Notes under the pieces: model-generated | The model's input: only the letters and a program-made list of their open reading frames with translations | Told to the model about the DNA's origin: nothing | Databases searched by the model: none | Shown here: positions 45,437 through 58,501 of the stretch, piece after piece | How positions within the stretch are numbered: the first letter of the stretch is position 1 | How the letters are laid out: every line of letters starts with the position of its first letter | Assembly (NCBI GenBank): GCA_963784225.1 | Contig: CAWAQN010000017.1 | Coordinates: forward strand, 151,272-215,271 | Reading direction: 5' to 3' | DNA length: 64,000 nt | Origin: an uncultured Gammaproteobacteria bacterium | Lineage (GTDB): Bacteria; Pseudomonadota; Gammaproteobacteria; Steroidobacterales; Steroidobacteraceae | Program-made: the position numbers and the translations under genes

Positions 45437-46068
45437 GCGCCGTGGAAAAAACATCGACGCTCTGGGTCAAGGTCTGCGGCCTGAGCACCGTCGCAGCCAT
45501 CGATGCTGCGGTTGCGGCGGGCGTGCAGGCCGTTGGATTTGTTTTCCACGAGCCGTCGCCACGAAATCTGTGCGATCACTGCCGCGATGAACCTGCAGGC
45601 CGCGGTGCCGGCCGGAATCGAACGCGTTGCCGTGTTCCTGCATCCGGCGACAGGAACTCATCGATGCGGTGATCGGTGACGTGCGCCCCGATTGCCTGCA
45701 GATGGATGTAGCCGACATCGCTGCGTTGCGCCTGCCGCCGGGCCAGCGCGTGCTGCCGGTGGTGCGCAGCGACGCGGCGACCGGCGGGCAAGTACCGGCG
45801 ATGCAGACGGTTCATGCTCGAAGGCGCTCGCAGCGGAGCAGGCGAGAAGGCCGACTGGTCCGTCGCCGCGCGACTGGCCCAGCACGCAGAGGTGGTACTT
45901 GCCGGTGGGCTGTACGCAGCCAACGTCGCGGCCGCGATCGACCGCGTGCGACCGTACGGCGTCGACGTGAGTTCGGGTGTGGAAAGCAGTCGCGGCGTCA
46001 AGAGCCCGGTGCTCATCGAGCAATTTGTGCAGGCAGCACGTGCGGCGCACGCGCGGCTCGCCCCTTAG
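45433..46068 (+). pseudogene. trpF: Phosphoribosylanthranilate isomerase; frame-broken
   Basis: GTG overlaps the trpC stop (GTGA). WVKVCGLSTVAAIDAAVAAGVQAVGFVF.. continues in other frames to ..VVLAGGL..YGVDVSSGVES (45814..46068). Confidence 0.8.
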
Positions 46069-46099
46069 GTCGGCTGCGCGCGCAGCCGAGGAGATCGAC

Positions 46100-47348
46100 A
46101 TGCGAATCGAAGCCCTGAAGATCGACCGCGAGGCGCTGCTCGCCCAGACGCTGCAAGGCGACTTTCCCGATTCACGCGGACGCTTCGGGCCGTTCGGTGG
46201 ACGTTACGTGCCCGAGACGCTCGTGCCGGCGCTGGACCGCCTCGAACAGGGCATGCGCGACATCCTGCCGGATCCGAACTTCAAGGCCGAACTCGATGCG
46301 CAATTGCGCCACTGGGTCGGACGACCGACCCCGCTCACGCACGCGACGGAACTGTCGCGCCGGTGGAAGGCGCGAGGTCTGGCTGAAGCGCGAGGATCTT
46401 GCGCACACCGGCGCGCACAAGATCAACAATGCGATCGGCCAGGCATTGCTGGCCAAGCGCCTCGGTGCGAAACGCATCGTGGCCGAGACCGGCGCCGGTC
46501 AGCATGGCGTGGCGTCCGCTGCGGCGTGCGCGCGGCTTGGCATGCCGTGCACGGTCTACATGGGGTCGATCGACATGGAGCGCCAGGCGCCGAACGTCGG
46601 CCGCATGCAGTTGCTCGGTGCCGAAGTCGTGCCCGTCACGGGCGGCGACAAGACACTGCGCGCCGCCATCGACGAGGCCCTGCGGGACTGGGTCTCGGAT
46701 CCCAACGGAACTTACTACCTGCTTGGCTCGGCCGTCGGCCCGCATCCCTACCCGTACCTGGTGCGCGAGTTCCAGCGCGTGATCGGTATCGAGGCACGCG
46801 CACAGATGCTCGCGCAGGCGGGCACGTTGCCCGACGTGGTCGTTGCGTGCGTCGGCGGTGGCTCGAACGCGATCGGCCTGTTTCATCCGTTCGTGGCGGA
46901 CACCGGCGTCAAGCTGCTCGGCTTCGAAGCCGGCGGCACCGGTGCCGGTCTCGGCCAGAATGCGGCGTCGCTCGCCTACGGCACGCCGGGCGTGCTGCAA
47001 GGGTGCTACTCGCTGCTGCTGCAGGACGAGCACGGCCAGATCCAGGAGACCCATTCGGTGTCGGCCGGGCTCGACTATCCCGGGGTCGGTCCCGAGCATG
47101 CGTTGCTCGCCAGCATCGGCCGGCTCGATCATGCCGCGGCAGAGGACGGTGAATCGCTCGAGGCGCTCGCGGAGTGCTGCCAGTCCGAGGGCATCCTGCC
47201 CGCGATCGAGACGGCCCATGCGTTGGCGGGCGCGAGGCGTTACGCACAGAAAAACCCGGGTTGCCGGATCCTGATCGGCCTGTCGGGGCGTGGCGACAAG
47301 GACATGCCGACGTTGCAGCGCACCTTGCTGAAGGGGAAGACCCGATGA
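46100..47348 (+). pseudogene. trpB: Tryptophan synthase beta chain; one frame change near 46370
   Basis: N-terminus [13 protein letters not shown] (45977 frame), then [33 protein letters not shown] (46197..47348). Confidence 0.9.
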
Positions 47349-48132
47349 CGCAGCAGCTACACAGCCGCGCGACACGATCAGCGCGGCCATTGCCGCACAG
47401 CCGCCGAGGGACGTCCTGCAATCGTCGCGTTCATGACAGCCGCATTCCCGAGCCGGCGCGGATTTCGCCACGCACCTGATGGCGATTGCGGCCGCGGCGG
47501 ACGTGGTCGAAATCGGGGTTCCGTTCAGTGATCCGATGGCCGACGGCGCCACGATCCAGCGCGCGAGCTTTGCGGCGCTCCAGGATGGATTTACGTTGCC
47601 CTGGTTGCTGCAGGAACTCGAACAGATGCAGCCGCGCCCGCGAGCACCGCTGCTGCTGATGAGCTACCTGAACCCGCTGCTGGCTTTTGGCTTCGAACGG
47701 CTGCCGGAAGCAGCAGCACGCGCCGGCGTCTCCGGTTTCATCATTCCCGACCTGCCATACGAAGAAAGCAGCGAAACGCGCGCGGCACTCGATCGTGTCG
47801 GCATTGCGCTCGTGCAGATGGTCACGCCGGTGACGCCGCAACGGCGGCTCGAAATGCTGTGCAAGGCCAGCCAGGGTTTCGTCTACGCGGTGACGATGAC
47901 CGGCACCACGGGCAAGTCCGTGGCCGTGCCCGATGCCGTGCTCGATTACATGGACCGCGTGCGCGCCGTTTCACCCGTGCCTGTCTGTGCGGGCTTCGGC
48001 ATCCGGCAGGCCGAGCAGGTCGAACGAATGCAAGGACACGTCGATGGCGTGGTGGTCGGCTCGGCGTTGGTCGAGGTGCTCGAACGCGGCGAAGATCCTG
48101 CTGCGTTCCTGCGCTCATTGCGCCGCGCCTGA
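47345..48132 (+). pseudogene. trpA: Tryptophan synthase alpha chain; frame changes in the first ~130 nt
   Basis: ATG overlaps the trpB TGA (ATGA). The main body 47479..48132 is intact (VEIGVPFSDPMADGATIQ..GFIIPDLPYEE..GFGI..VVVGSALV). Confidence 0.85.
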
Positions 48133-48219
48133 CGCGCCTCACGGCGGCGCGCGAAAAGCCCACACGAACGTCGGGCTTGTTGCGTGAGTCGCGCGCAACC
48201 GCCTTTTCGGCCGTACGCT

Positions 48220-49221
48220 TCAGCCGGTCGGCGTGACGGCTGTCAGTATCCGGTCGATCACCAGCGCGCGCATCTGCTGCAGCGGGTTGCGTTCCCACGT
48301 GAAGATGGGCGGCGAGCGACGCAGCATCGACCAGCGGCCATTCTTCAATACGCGATCGAGATATTCGAGATTGCGCTCGATGGCTTCCATGTACGGATTG
48401 CGCCCGCCGTAGAGCGCCTCGAGATATCGATACGCGCCGTTGAACTCGCCGTCGAGCCGCGTGCGCAGCGTTTCGGCAAAAAACTGCGGCGTCTGGCGCA
48501 GGATGTCGAGGCCCGAACCGTAATTCACCTTGAGCGCGCCGTTGTCCGAGCGCGCGACCGCGAGACCGCCGAGCACGAACTCCGGGTACAGCCGATCGCG
48601 GCATTTTTCGAGGTAACAGCGATCCGACATCTGCGCGAGCATGTCGGCCGTGCCGAGCAGGTGCCCGACTTTGCGATCGCGCGGCTCGTCGAGCCGGATC
48701 TGGTCGAACGGCACCTCGTAGCCGGTGAAATGAATGATCTGCATGGCCACCGGAACCCAGTTCGCGAGTCCGATCGACGGCAGGTAGCGCGAGAGGAACT
48801 GTGCACCGCGACTGACGTGCGTGCTGGTGAACTCGGCCCCGTTGCGATGCTGCGTGTCGTCGATCTGCCGGATGTAACCGGAGTCGTGGAACATCGTCAC
48901 GACGATGCCCATCAGGGCGCGGTCGCCGCCGAGTCGCTGGTCCGGAGTGTGCGAAAGATCGTAGCCGGCGAGCAGTCGCGCCATCGTGAGCGTGTCGTCG
49001 AGCGAGTGCTGCATGTCGTGATAGACGGTATCGCAGCCGCAATAGCCGGGAAATTGACCGGTGAACAGCCGCTCGAAATCCGTGAAGGCCTTGCCAAGAC
49101 GCTCCGTGCCGATGCCGGGCCATGTCTGCCTGAAGAGTTCTTCGACCGACTGTCGCACGGACGCGACCGAACTCACCTGCACGGTGTTGGTGACGTCGTA
49201 ATCACTGCGGCGAAACTGCAT
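48220..49221 (-). CDS. HD domain-containing protein of unknown specific function
   Basis: Intact 333-aa ORF. Metal-binding-type motifs YHDMQHS, TMFHDSGY and GTADMLAQ fit the H..HD..D pattern. Confidence 0.6.
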   Translation of the reverse strand: MQFRRSDYDVTNTVQVSSVASVRQSVEELFRQTWPGIGTERLGKAFTDFERLFTGQFPGYCGCDTVYHDMQHSLDDTLTMARLLAGYDLSHTPDQRLGGDRALMGIVVTMFHDSGYIRQIDDTQHRNGAEFTSTHVSRGAQFLSRYLPSIGLANWVPVAMQIIHFTGYEVPFDQIRLDEPRDRKVGHLLGTADMLAQMSDRCYLEKCRDRLYPEFVLGGLAVARSDNGALKVNYGSGLDILRQTPQFFAETLRTRLDGEFNGAYRYLEALYGGRNPYMEAIERNLEYLDRVLKNGRWSMLRRSPPIFTWERNPLQQMRALVIDRILTAVTPTG

Positions 49222-49325
49222 GAAGGGGGCCGGGAGAGAACGTGTTGTTCGTTGTTGCGGCCGAGTCTAGTCCAAGCTCCGGGAAACACCAGAGTCAAAA
49301 AAACCGACACCTCCAGGCCTGGCTT

Positions 49326-50100
49326 TTATATGTCAAATGCCGCGATGACCGGGGCATGGTCGGACGGGCGCTCGAGCTTGCGCGGCGCCGTGTCGATGAG
49401 ACACGCGCCACACTTCTGCGCCAGTGCGCGCGAGGCCAGGATCAAGTCGATACGCAGTCCCGCATTTCGACGAAAAGCCAGCATCCGGTAGTCCCACCAC
49501 GAATAGGTTTTCTCGGCTTGCTCGAACAACCGGAAACAATCCGCAAGGCCGGTTTCGACGAGAGCCGCCAAGGCAGCCCTTTCCTGCGGGCTGACATGCA
49601 CCGAGCCTTCCCAGGCCCTGGGGTCGTGCACGTCGCGATCTTCCGGCGCAACGTTGAAATCGCCGAGCACCACGACCTGTTCATGCAGTGCGAGTTCGGC
49701 CGCAATGTAGTCGCGCAGTGCAGCAAACCAGCGCAGCTTGTACGCGAACTTGTCGGAGCCGACGGTCTGGCCGTTCGGCACGTAGACGTTGATGATCCGC
49801 ACGCCTTGCACCGTGCCGGCCAGCACGCGACGCTGCTCGTCCTCGAAGCCGGGAATTCCGGCGACGATGTCGGCAGGCGGCTCGCGAGCGAGGATCGCGA
49901 CGCCGTTATAGGTGCGCTGCCCGCTGAAGACGCGCGTGCCAGCCGAGCGCCTGCAACTCGACGCCCGGGAAATCCGCGTCCGGCAGCTTCGTCTCCTGCA
50001 GCGCCAGCGCATCGATCTGGTTCGCAGCGAGCCAGTCCTGCAGATGCGGCCGCCTTACCCGCAGCGAATTGACGTTCCAGGTGGCTACCCGGAACGTCAT
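49326..50100 (-). pseudogene. xthA: Exodeoxyribonuclease III; one frame change near 49930
   Basis: MTFRVATWNVNSLRVR..ALQETK (tail of 49906..50295) joins YNGVAIL..INVYVPNG..VLGDFNVAP..SDHAPVIAAFDI (49326..50012). Confidence 0.85.
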
Positions 50101-52110
50101 GCCGCCAATCCCATCTGGCGCAGGAGCGGTTCGAGCTCGGGCTGGCGGCCGCGGAACTCGACGAAGGCATCCATCGCGTCGCGACTGCCACCGCGCTCGA
50201 GGATCGACTGCAGGAAGCGACGCGCCGTCGCGGGGTCGAAGATCCCGGATTCCTCGAACGCACCGAATGCGTCGGCCGACAGCACCTCCGCCCACTTGTA
50301 GCTGTAGTAGCCGGCGGCGTAGCCGCCCGAGAAGATGTGCTGGAAACTGTGCGGGAAGCGGTTGAACGCCGGCGGTCGCACGACAGCCACCTCATCGCGG
50401 ACCTCGGCGAGAATTTCACGAATGCGCCCGCCGCGCTCCGGCGAATACTCCGCATGGATCCGGAAGTCGAACAGCGAGAATTCGAGCTGGCGCACGGTCT
50501 GCATGCCCGCCTGGAAGGTGCGCGTCGCCTGCAATTTCCGCAGCATCTCGACCGGCAGTGGCTCGCCGGTATCGACGTGGCTCGAGATCAACGGCAGCAC
50601 TTCTTCGCGCCAGGCGAAGTTCTCCATGAACTGGCTGGGCAACTCGACGGCATCCCACGGCACGCCATTGATGCCGGCCACGCTCGGGAAATCCACGCGC
50701 GTCAGCATGTGATGCAGGCCGTGTCCGAACTCGTGAAACATCGTGAGCACTTCATAGTGCGTCAGCAGCGCCGGACGCGAGGCGCCGGGCGGAGTGAAAT
50801 TGCAGACCAGGTAGGCGACCGGCAACGCCGTGGCGTCGTGCAGCCGGATGCGGCCCACGCATTCGTCCATCCAGGCCCCGCCACGTTTCCGGGGCCGCGC
50901 ATACAGGTCGAGGAAAAAGCCGCCGCGGCGCGCACCGTCGGCGTCGAGAATGTCGTAGAACCGAGCGTCGGGGTGATAGACCTCGACGTCTGTCGCGTGG
51001 CTCGATACGGATGCCGTAGAGGCGTGTCGCGACGGCAAAGAGTCCTTCGAGCACGCGCGGCAACGGGAAGTAGGGACGCAATTCTTCTTCCGAGACTCGA
51101 GCCGCGCGAGCTTGAGTCGCTCCGAGTTGATAGGCGACGTCCCACGCCTCGAGGCGCGTACCGGCAAAGGCTTCCAGTTCGGCAAACTCGCGCTGCGCTG
51201 CAGGCTTGGTCACGTGGGCAAGGCGGCGCAGGAAATCGAGCACCTCGGCCGGGTCGCGCGCCATCTTGGTCGCGAGCGAATATTCCGCGAAACTCGCGAA
51301 ACCCACGAGTTGCGCGATCTGGTGCCGCAAGCCGAGTATTTCTTCCATCAGCGCCGTGTTGTCCCACTGCGGGGCTCCCAGCTCCGATGCGCGCGTGACC
51401 CACGCCTCGTAGAAGGCATGACGCAGTTCGCGGTTTTCGGAATGCGCCAGCACCGCCTGGTAATTCGGTGCGTCGAGCGTGAACAGCCAGCCCGTCTTGC
51501 CGGCGGCCTGCGCCGCCGCGCTGGCACGGTCGATCACCGACTGCGGCAAGCCTGCGAGTTCGTCGGCCGAATCGACGTCCCGCGACCACGCGTTGGTCGC
51601 GTCGAGCACGTTCTCGTCGAACTTGGCCTGGGCCAGTGCGACACGCTCCATCAGCTCGCCGAAGCGTTGCTTCTGGGCCGGCTCCAGCGCGACGCCGGCG
51701 AGCCGGAAATCGCGCAGTGCGTTGTCGAGCAGTTTGCGGCCCGCGGGCGGCAGGCTCGCATACTCGGCGTCCGCGACGCGCTGGTAGGCCACATAGAGCC
51801 GCTCGTTCTGGGCCAGCTCGGTGTGATAGGCGGTCAGCAAGGGCAGGCAGGCGTTGTACGCCGCGCGCAGCGCGTCGCTGTTGAGCACGCCATTCAAGTG
51901 GCCCACGGGTGACCATGCGCGCGCGAGACGATGCTGCATGTGTTCGATCGGTGCGACGATGCCGTCCCAGCCCTGCGCGCCGGAATCCAGCAGCGACGCC
52001 AGGAGCTTGCGGTTGGCATCGAGCAGGTCGCGAATGGCCGGCTCGATGTACTCGGGCCGGATGTCGTGGAAGGCGGGCAGTTGAGCCGCGCCGAGCAAGG
52101 GATTGTTCAT
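50097..52110 (-). pseudogene. prlC: Oligopeptidase A (M3 family); at least one frame change near 51000-51130
   Basis: N-terminal piece 50752..52110 and C-terminal piece 50097..51185 carrying zinc motif HEFGHGLHH. 4-nt overlap with the xthA start. Confidence 0.85.
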
Positions 52111-52143
52111 CGGGGCATTTTAGCCATCCGACGCCGCGGGATT

Positions 52144-53045
52144 TCAGCCGAAGGCGTCCTGCAGCAGCCACCCGAGCGCAAAAACGGCGATTACGAAGCC
52201 CGCAAAAGCCAATATCGCGCGCCGCCGGTACCGGCGGGCCAGGTCGCCAGCCGGCAGCGCCGCCAGCAGGAACAACTGGTCCTCGTGCGGGCCGGGCCAG
52301 CAGGTGCAGCGACTTCGACTGGCGATGCGGCTCGCCCGGCGATCGTCGACCGCGTGGCGTGCGGCGAGCCGCGCCTGTTCCCATTCCGCCAGGCTGATCC
52401 GGCCATCGGCGTCGCTGTCGAAGCGCTGCAGCAAGGCCGGCTGGTCCAGCTTCCATTCCGACAGGAGGGCTGCGGCGGCGGCCTGGCTATCGTTTTCCGG
52501 CGCGGCCGAAGTGGAGCGAAAACCGCCGAGCGCATAAACCAGCTCATGCTCGTAGATGCGTTCCTCGATGTACCGATAATCGCGTTCCTCGAAGCGCGAC
52601 AGCGCTTGCCCCGGGCCTGCCGTCGGCCAGGGCGTATTGCCGTACCAGGTCGTCGATTCCGTGGCGACGACCTCCGCGCCGTCGGGCTTGACGATGCATT
52701 GGCCCGTTCCGTCATCGAGCTGGAAGGGCAGCGCCGACGTGCCGGAGGCTACCGTTTGCCAGGATCGCGGGAGCGCTTCGAGCCGCCGCGTTTCGCCTTC
52801 CTGGAAATGCGATAGCGCCACCAGATACACGGGCGCTGGGTGAGCGGCGCCAGGTTTTCGGTGCCGGCGAGGGGCCGGCCACGTCCCACCAGCTCGACGT
52901 AGCCCTGCGCAGCGGAACGAATTCGCGAAGTCGGGGTGTCCTCGATCAGGCGCGCGATCTTGAGCGACCTGAGGGCCGCCGCGCCGCCGCTGACGACGGC
53001 CACGCCCAGCGTCAGCAGCCAGAACCAGAGGTCTTCCTCACTCAA
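52144..53045 (-). pseudogene. GIDE-domain (E3 ubiquitin ligase-like) membrane protein with EF-hand-like loop; frame-broken
   Basis: TTG start piece 52749..53045 (TM; ..GYVELVGRGRPL..CIWWRYRI) and piece 52144..52830 (..DSDADGRISLAEWE.., C-terminal TM). Lies 10 nt downstream of lemA. Confidence 0.6.
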
Positions 53046-53054
53046 GCAGCGCGC

Positions 53055-53628
53055 TCACTCGAAGAGCTTGCCGATGTCCACGTCGCGCTTTTGTTCTTCT
53101 GCGAATTCGAGCAGTTGCGCAGGTTTGAATTCGAACGATCGCGCGCCACGATCAGGTCGGGGAAGGTCTGCAGCCGGATGTTGTTCAGGTTGACGGCTTC
53201 GTTGTACAGCTCGCGGCGGTCCGCAATCGACTCCTCGAGTTCCGTGATGCGCGATTGCAGGTGATGAAAACTCTGGTCGGCCTTCAGGTCAGGGTAGTTC
53301 TCAGCGAGCGCAAAAAGGCGTCCCAGCCCCTGCCGCAGCTGGTCCTCCGCGGCGCCGAGGGCGGCCACGTCGCCACGTCCCTGCGCCTTGAACACGGCCG
53401 CTCGCGCCTGCATCACTCGCTCGAGCGTCGATTGTTCGTAGGCCATGTAGCGCTTGCAGGTTTCGACCAGCTTCGGCAGTTCATCGTGACGCTGCGTCAG
53501 CAACACCTCGATGTTGGACCAGGCCTTGCGCACGTTTTCGCGCAGCGCGACCAATCCGTTGTAGATGCGGATCAAATACACGGCGCCCACGACGAGCAGC
53601 GCCAGGAACAGCAGCCCGAGATCAACAT
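53055..53628 (-). pseudogene. lemA: LemA family protein; frame changes near both ends
   Basis: The ATG at 53628 is +1 relative to the main frame (..LGLLFLALLVVGAVYLIRIYNGLV..NIEVLLTQRHDELP..ENYPDLKA.. in 53042..53914). True C-terminus ..DVDIGKLFE* is in another frame. Confidence 0.75.
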
Positions 53629-53743
53629 TACGACAGCTCCCTGTATCAGGTGCCAAGCGGGGCTCGGCGCCCGCAAGATTGCCGGTTGGGGAGTCGGACC
53701 GTCTACACTGTGCTGCCGCAATTTCGCGGTCGCTGCCTTCGAC

Positions 53744-54249
53744 ATGACGATCCAGGCCTACAAGGGCACGTTGCCGCGTTCTCGGAAGAACGTCTACGTG
53801 GATCGCCACGGCGCTCGTGATCGGCAAGGTCGAACTCGGCGACGACGTCTCGATCTGGCCATTGGCCGTGCTGCGCGGCGACGTCAATTTCATCCGCATC
53901 GGTGCGCGCAGCAACGTGCAGGATGGCAGCGTGCTGCACGTTTCCCGTCCTTATCCCGGCAACGACGCGGGCTGGCCCGTGATCCTCGGCGAGGATGTCG
54001 TGGTCGGGCACAAGGTCGCGCTGCACGGCTGTCGCATCGGCAACCGCGTGCTGGTAGGCATCGGGGCGATCGTGCTGGACGACGTCGAAGTGGCCGATGA
54101 CGTAATCATCGGGGCGGGTAGCGTCGTGTCGCCCGGCAAGCGTCTGGAGTCAGGATTTCTATATGTCGGCAACCCGGCGCGACGCAGCCGTGCGCTGCGT
54201 CCTGCCGAGATCGCCCGCATTCCGACGATGGCGCTCCACTACGTCGCCC

Positions 54250-54272
<23 letters not shown>
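53744..54272 (+). pseudogene. Gamma carbonic anhydrase family / hexapeptide-repeat protein (YrdA/PaaY-like); one frame change near 53800
   Basis: MTIQAYKGTLP.. (53255 frame) joins VIGKVELGDDVSIWPLAVLRGDVNFIRIGARSNVQDGSVLH (53817..54272). Confidence 0.75.
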
Positions 54273-56126
<1,854 letters not shown>

Positions 56127-56231
56127 TTGATGCGAAACTCCGGTCTCGCGGGCTTTTATACCTGACGGGCCGGGTAGCGGAAAGAAACGCGGAAACCGTG
56201 TGTTCCGGCTCGCAAAACGCCGGGAGTCTCA

Positions 56232-56905
56232 GTGCCTACGAAAAAGTTGCCCCAACGCGGCGCGAAGGCAAAGCCGGTGTCGAGGCCGAGCCCGCGACCA
56301 AAGCTGAAGCCGAAACCCGCAGCCGCCGCTTTCGTGCCGGATGATCGGCCGCGCTGCGGCTGGTCGTATTCGGGCATGAGCGCCGGATATGTGCGGTACC
56401 ACGACGAGGAATGGGGTGTGCCGGTTCACGACGACCGCCGCCTGTTCGAGTTCCTGCTCCTGGAGGGCGCACAGGCCGGCCTCAGCTGGTCCACGATCCT
56501 GAACAAACGGGCCGGCTACCGGGAGTCATTCGCGAATTTCGACGCCGCGAAAGTCGCTCGTTTCGATGCGCGCAAGGTCGAGCAGTTGCTGCTTTTTCCG
56601 GGCATCGTGCGCAATCGGCTCAAGATCGAGTCGTCCATCCAGAACGCGCGCTGTTTCCTGAGGTGCAGGAGGAATTCGGCAGCTTCGCGAGCTACAGCTG
56701 GCGGTTCGTCGGCGGCAAGCCACTGGTGAGTCGGCGGCGCGAGATCGAGCGAGATCCCGGCCGCAACGCCCGAGTCGGACGCTTTCAGCCGGACCTGAAG
56801 CAGCGTGGCTTCAAGTTCGTCGGCACCACGATCATGTACGCCCACATGCAGGCGACGGGCATGGTCAACGACCACCTCGTCGATGTTTTCGTTACAAGGA
56901 ATTGA
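56232..56905 (+). pseudogene. tag: DNA-3-methyladenine glycosylase I with basic Lys/Pro/Ala-rich N-terminal extension; one frame change near 56650
   Basis: GGGAG RBS then GTG at 56232. RCGW..YHDEEWGVPVHDDRRLFEFLLLEGAQAGLSWSTIL (56232..56729), then ..FKFVGTTIMYAHMQATGMVNDH (56411..56905). Confidence 0.8.
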
Positions 56906-56933
56906 CGTCGGGTCAGCGTAGTCGGGCTGCGTC

Positions 56934-57787
56934 TCATTCGACCGCCCACCACTCGACGCTCGTACCGCCCGTTGCCGTCCGGTACCAGCAGGCGGTGCAG
57001 GTCGGGCAGCAACTCACCTAATCGTTCGTCGAGCATCCACGGCGGATTGATGACGACGACGCCCGCTCCCCGCATGCCCACGGCCGCGTCGTCGGGCAGC
57101 ACACTCAGCGTGGCATCGAGCACCTTGCGAATGCCTGCGCGTTCGAGGTTACGCCGAAACCGCAGCGGCGCGGCACGCTCGGTCAGCGGGTACCAGATGC
57201 AGTACATGCCGGTCGGCCAGCGCTCGTAAGCCGAGTTCCAGCGCCGCGAGGATGCGATCGAACTCCTGGTCCGATTCGTACGGCGGATCGATCAGCACGA
57301 GACCGCGATTCTCGCGCGGAGGCAGCTGCGCCTTGAGAGCCGCGTAACCATCGCCCTCGACGATCGAAACGAGTCGTGCGCGACCGAAGAGTGTGCGTAA
57401 AGCGTGTGCTTCCTTCGCGTGGGTCTCGGCCAGTACGAGACGATCGGCGGGCCGGCGCATGCGGCTGAGGATCAGCGGTGAGCCGGGATATGCCGTGATC
57501 GCGCTCTTGCCGGCACCGGCGGATTCGCGGACCAGGTGTACGTAAGCTGCCACCTCCGGCGCCAACGCGGCGCCGGGAATTTCCAGCAATCGGCCGATGC
57601 CGGCCTTGTATTCGCCGCTGCGCTGAGCCTCGGCTTCGCTCAAGTCGTACATGCCGCCGCCGGCATGCGTATCGAGATACAGGAAGGGCGCTGGCTTTTT
57701 CTTCAGGTGTTCGACGAGCATCATCAGCACCACGTGCTTCAGCACGTCGCCAAAATTGCCGGCGTGGAAGGCGTGGCGATAATTCAT
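56934..57787 (-). pseudogene. rlmJ: 23S rRNA (adenine2030-N6)-methyltransferase RlmJ; at least 2 frame changes
   Basis: MNYRHAFHAGNFGDVLKH..LIDPPYE (57149..57829) and ..MYCIWYP..VVVINPPW (56785..57207). True C-terminus ..GGTSVEWWAVE* is in a third frame. Confidence 0.8.
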
Positions 57788-57830
57788 GGTCGGACGCGAA
57801 GTCGATGACACGGATACGGAGAACGTCACG

Positions 57831-58337
57831 ATGCCGACAAGAGTACTTGTTTCAGCGCCGGCTTACCGCGTCGCGGCCGGTCAGGCACGCCGCATGCTCG
57901 TCGCGACGGTGTGCGCATCGCTCGCAGCTTGCATGTCGGCCGGGCAGTCCGCCGAGGCGGTCGCGCCAGCGGTCTCCGCGGCGCCCGTTGCACCCGCTGC
58001 TCCGGCTGCCCCTGCGGTTCCGGTCGAACCGGGTACGACCGTGACCGACAGCCTCGAAGCCGTGATCGCTGCCGCCGTCGACGACGCCGTGCACCGCTCC
58101 GGCAAGCCCAGGGAGTCGCTGAAAGTCACCGCTGCGGCGCGCGTCACGTGGCCGGACGGCGCACTCGGCTGCCCGGAGCCGGGAATGTTGTATACGCAGG
58201 CGCTCGTACCGGGGTATCGCGTCGTCGTGCAGGCCGGCGAGACCGAGTACGCGTATCACGCGGGTGCACGGGGCCAGCCAACATTCTGTCCACCCGAACG
58301 AGCAGTGCCACCTGCGCCCGGGCAGGACGCGACGTGA
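57831..58337 (+). CDS. Hypothetical lipoprotein (Pro/Ala-rich linker plus ~90-aa domain with two Cys)
   Basis: In-frame ATG at 57831. Lipobox-like ASLAAC, linker APVAPAAPAAPAVPVEP, then ..VTWPDGALGCPEPGMLYTQALVPGYRVVVQAGETEYAYHAG..PTFC. I recognise no family. Confidence 0.5.
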   Translation: MPTRVLVSAPAYRVAAGQARRMLVATVCASLAACMSAGQSAEAVAPAVSAAPVAPAAPAAPAVPVEPGTTVTDSLEAVIAAAVDDAVHRSGKPRESLKVTAAARVTWPDGALGCPEPGMLYTQALVPGYRVVVQAGETEYAYHAGARGQPTFCPPERAVPPAPGQDAT

Positions 58338-58429
58338 AAAAGACCCGTTCGATTGTCTGCGCATTTAACTGGCACCCTGACCTCGAGCGTTCGCCGGACC
58401 GCGTGACCGGTGTGCGACGTGACAGCAAT

Positions 58430-58465
58430 AAAAAAAACGCCCCGGAGATTGCTCTCCGGGGCGTT
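58430..58465 (-). terminator. Strong intrinsic terminator (for the minus-strand S8 gene; hairpin may also stop the convergent lipoprotein transcript)
   Basis: 13-bp perfect stem AACGCCCCGGAGA / TCTCCGGGGCGTT (58436-58465) with loop TTGC. An A-run on the plus strand (58430-58437) gives a U-run on the minus strand. Confidence 0.8.
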
Positions 58466-58501
58466 CACGTTCCGGCGAACCGGAACGCTATCTGCTACGC
58501 G

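Noticed and set aside
49222-49325. Possible terminator or small RNA between the HD-domain gene and xthA (CCAGGCCTGG and a run of 7 A)
   Set aside because: The palindrome has no loop and only about 5 bp per arm. The stem preceding the minus-strand U-run is weak. This is not enough to call a terminator or RNA gene.
57950-58035. Repetitive GC-rich stretch (gcgcccgttgcacccgctgctccggctgcccctgcggttccg)
   Set aside because: It translates to the Pro/Ala linker APVAPAAPAAPAVPVEP of the lipoprotein. This is a low-complexity coding region, not a DNA repeat element.
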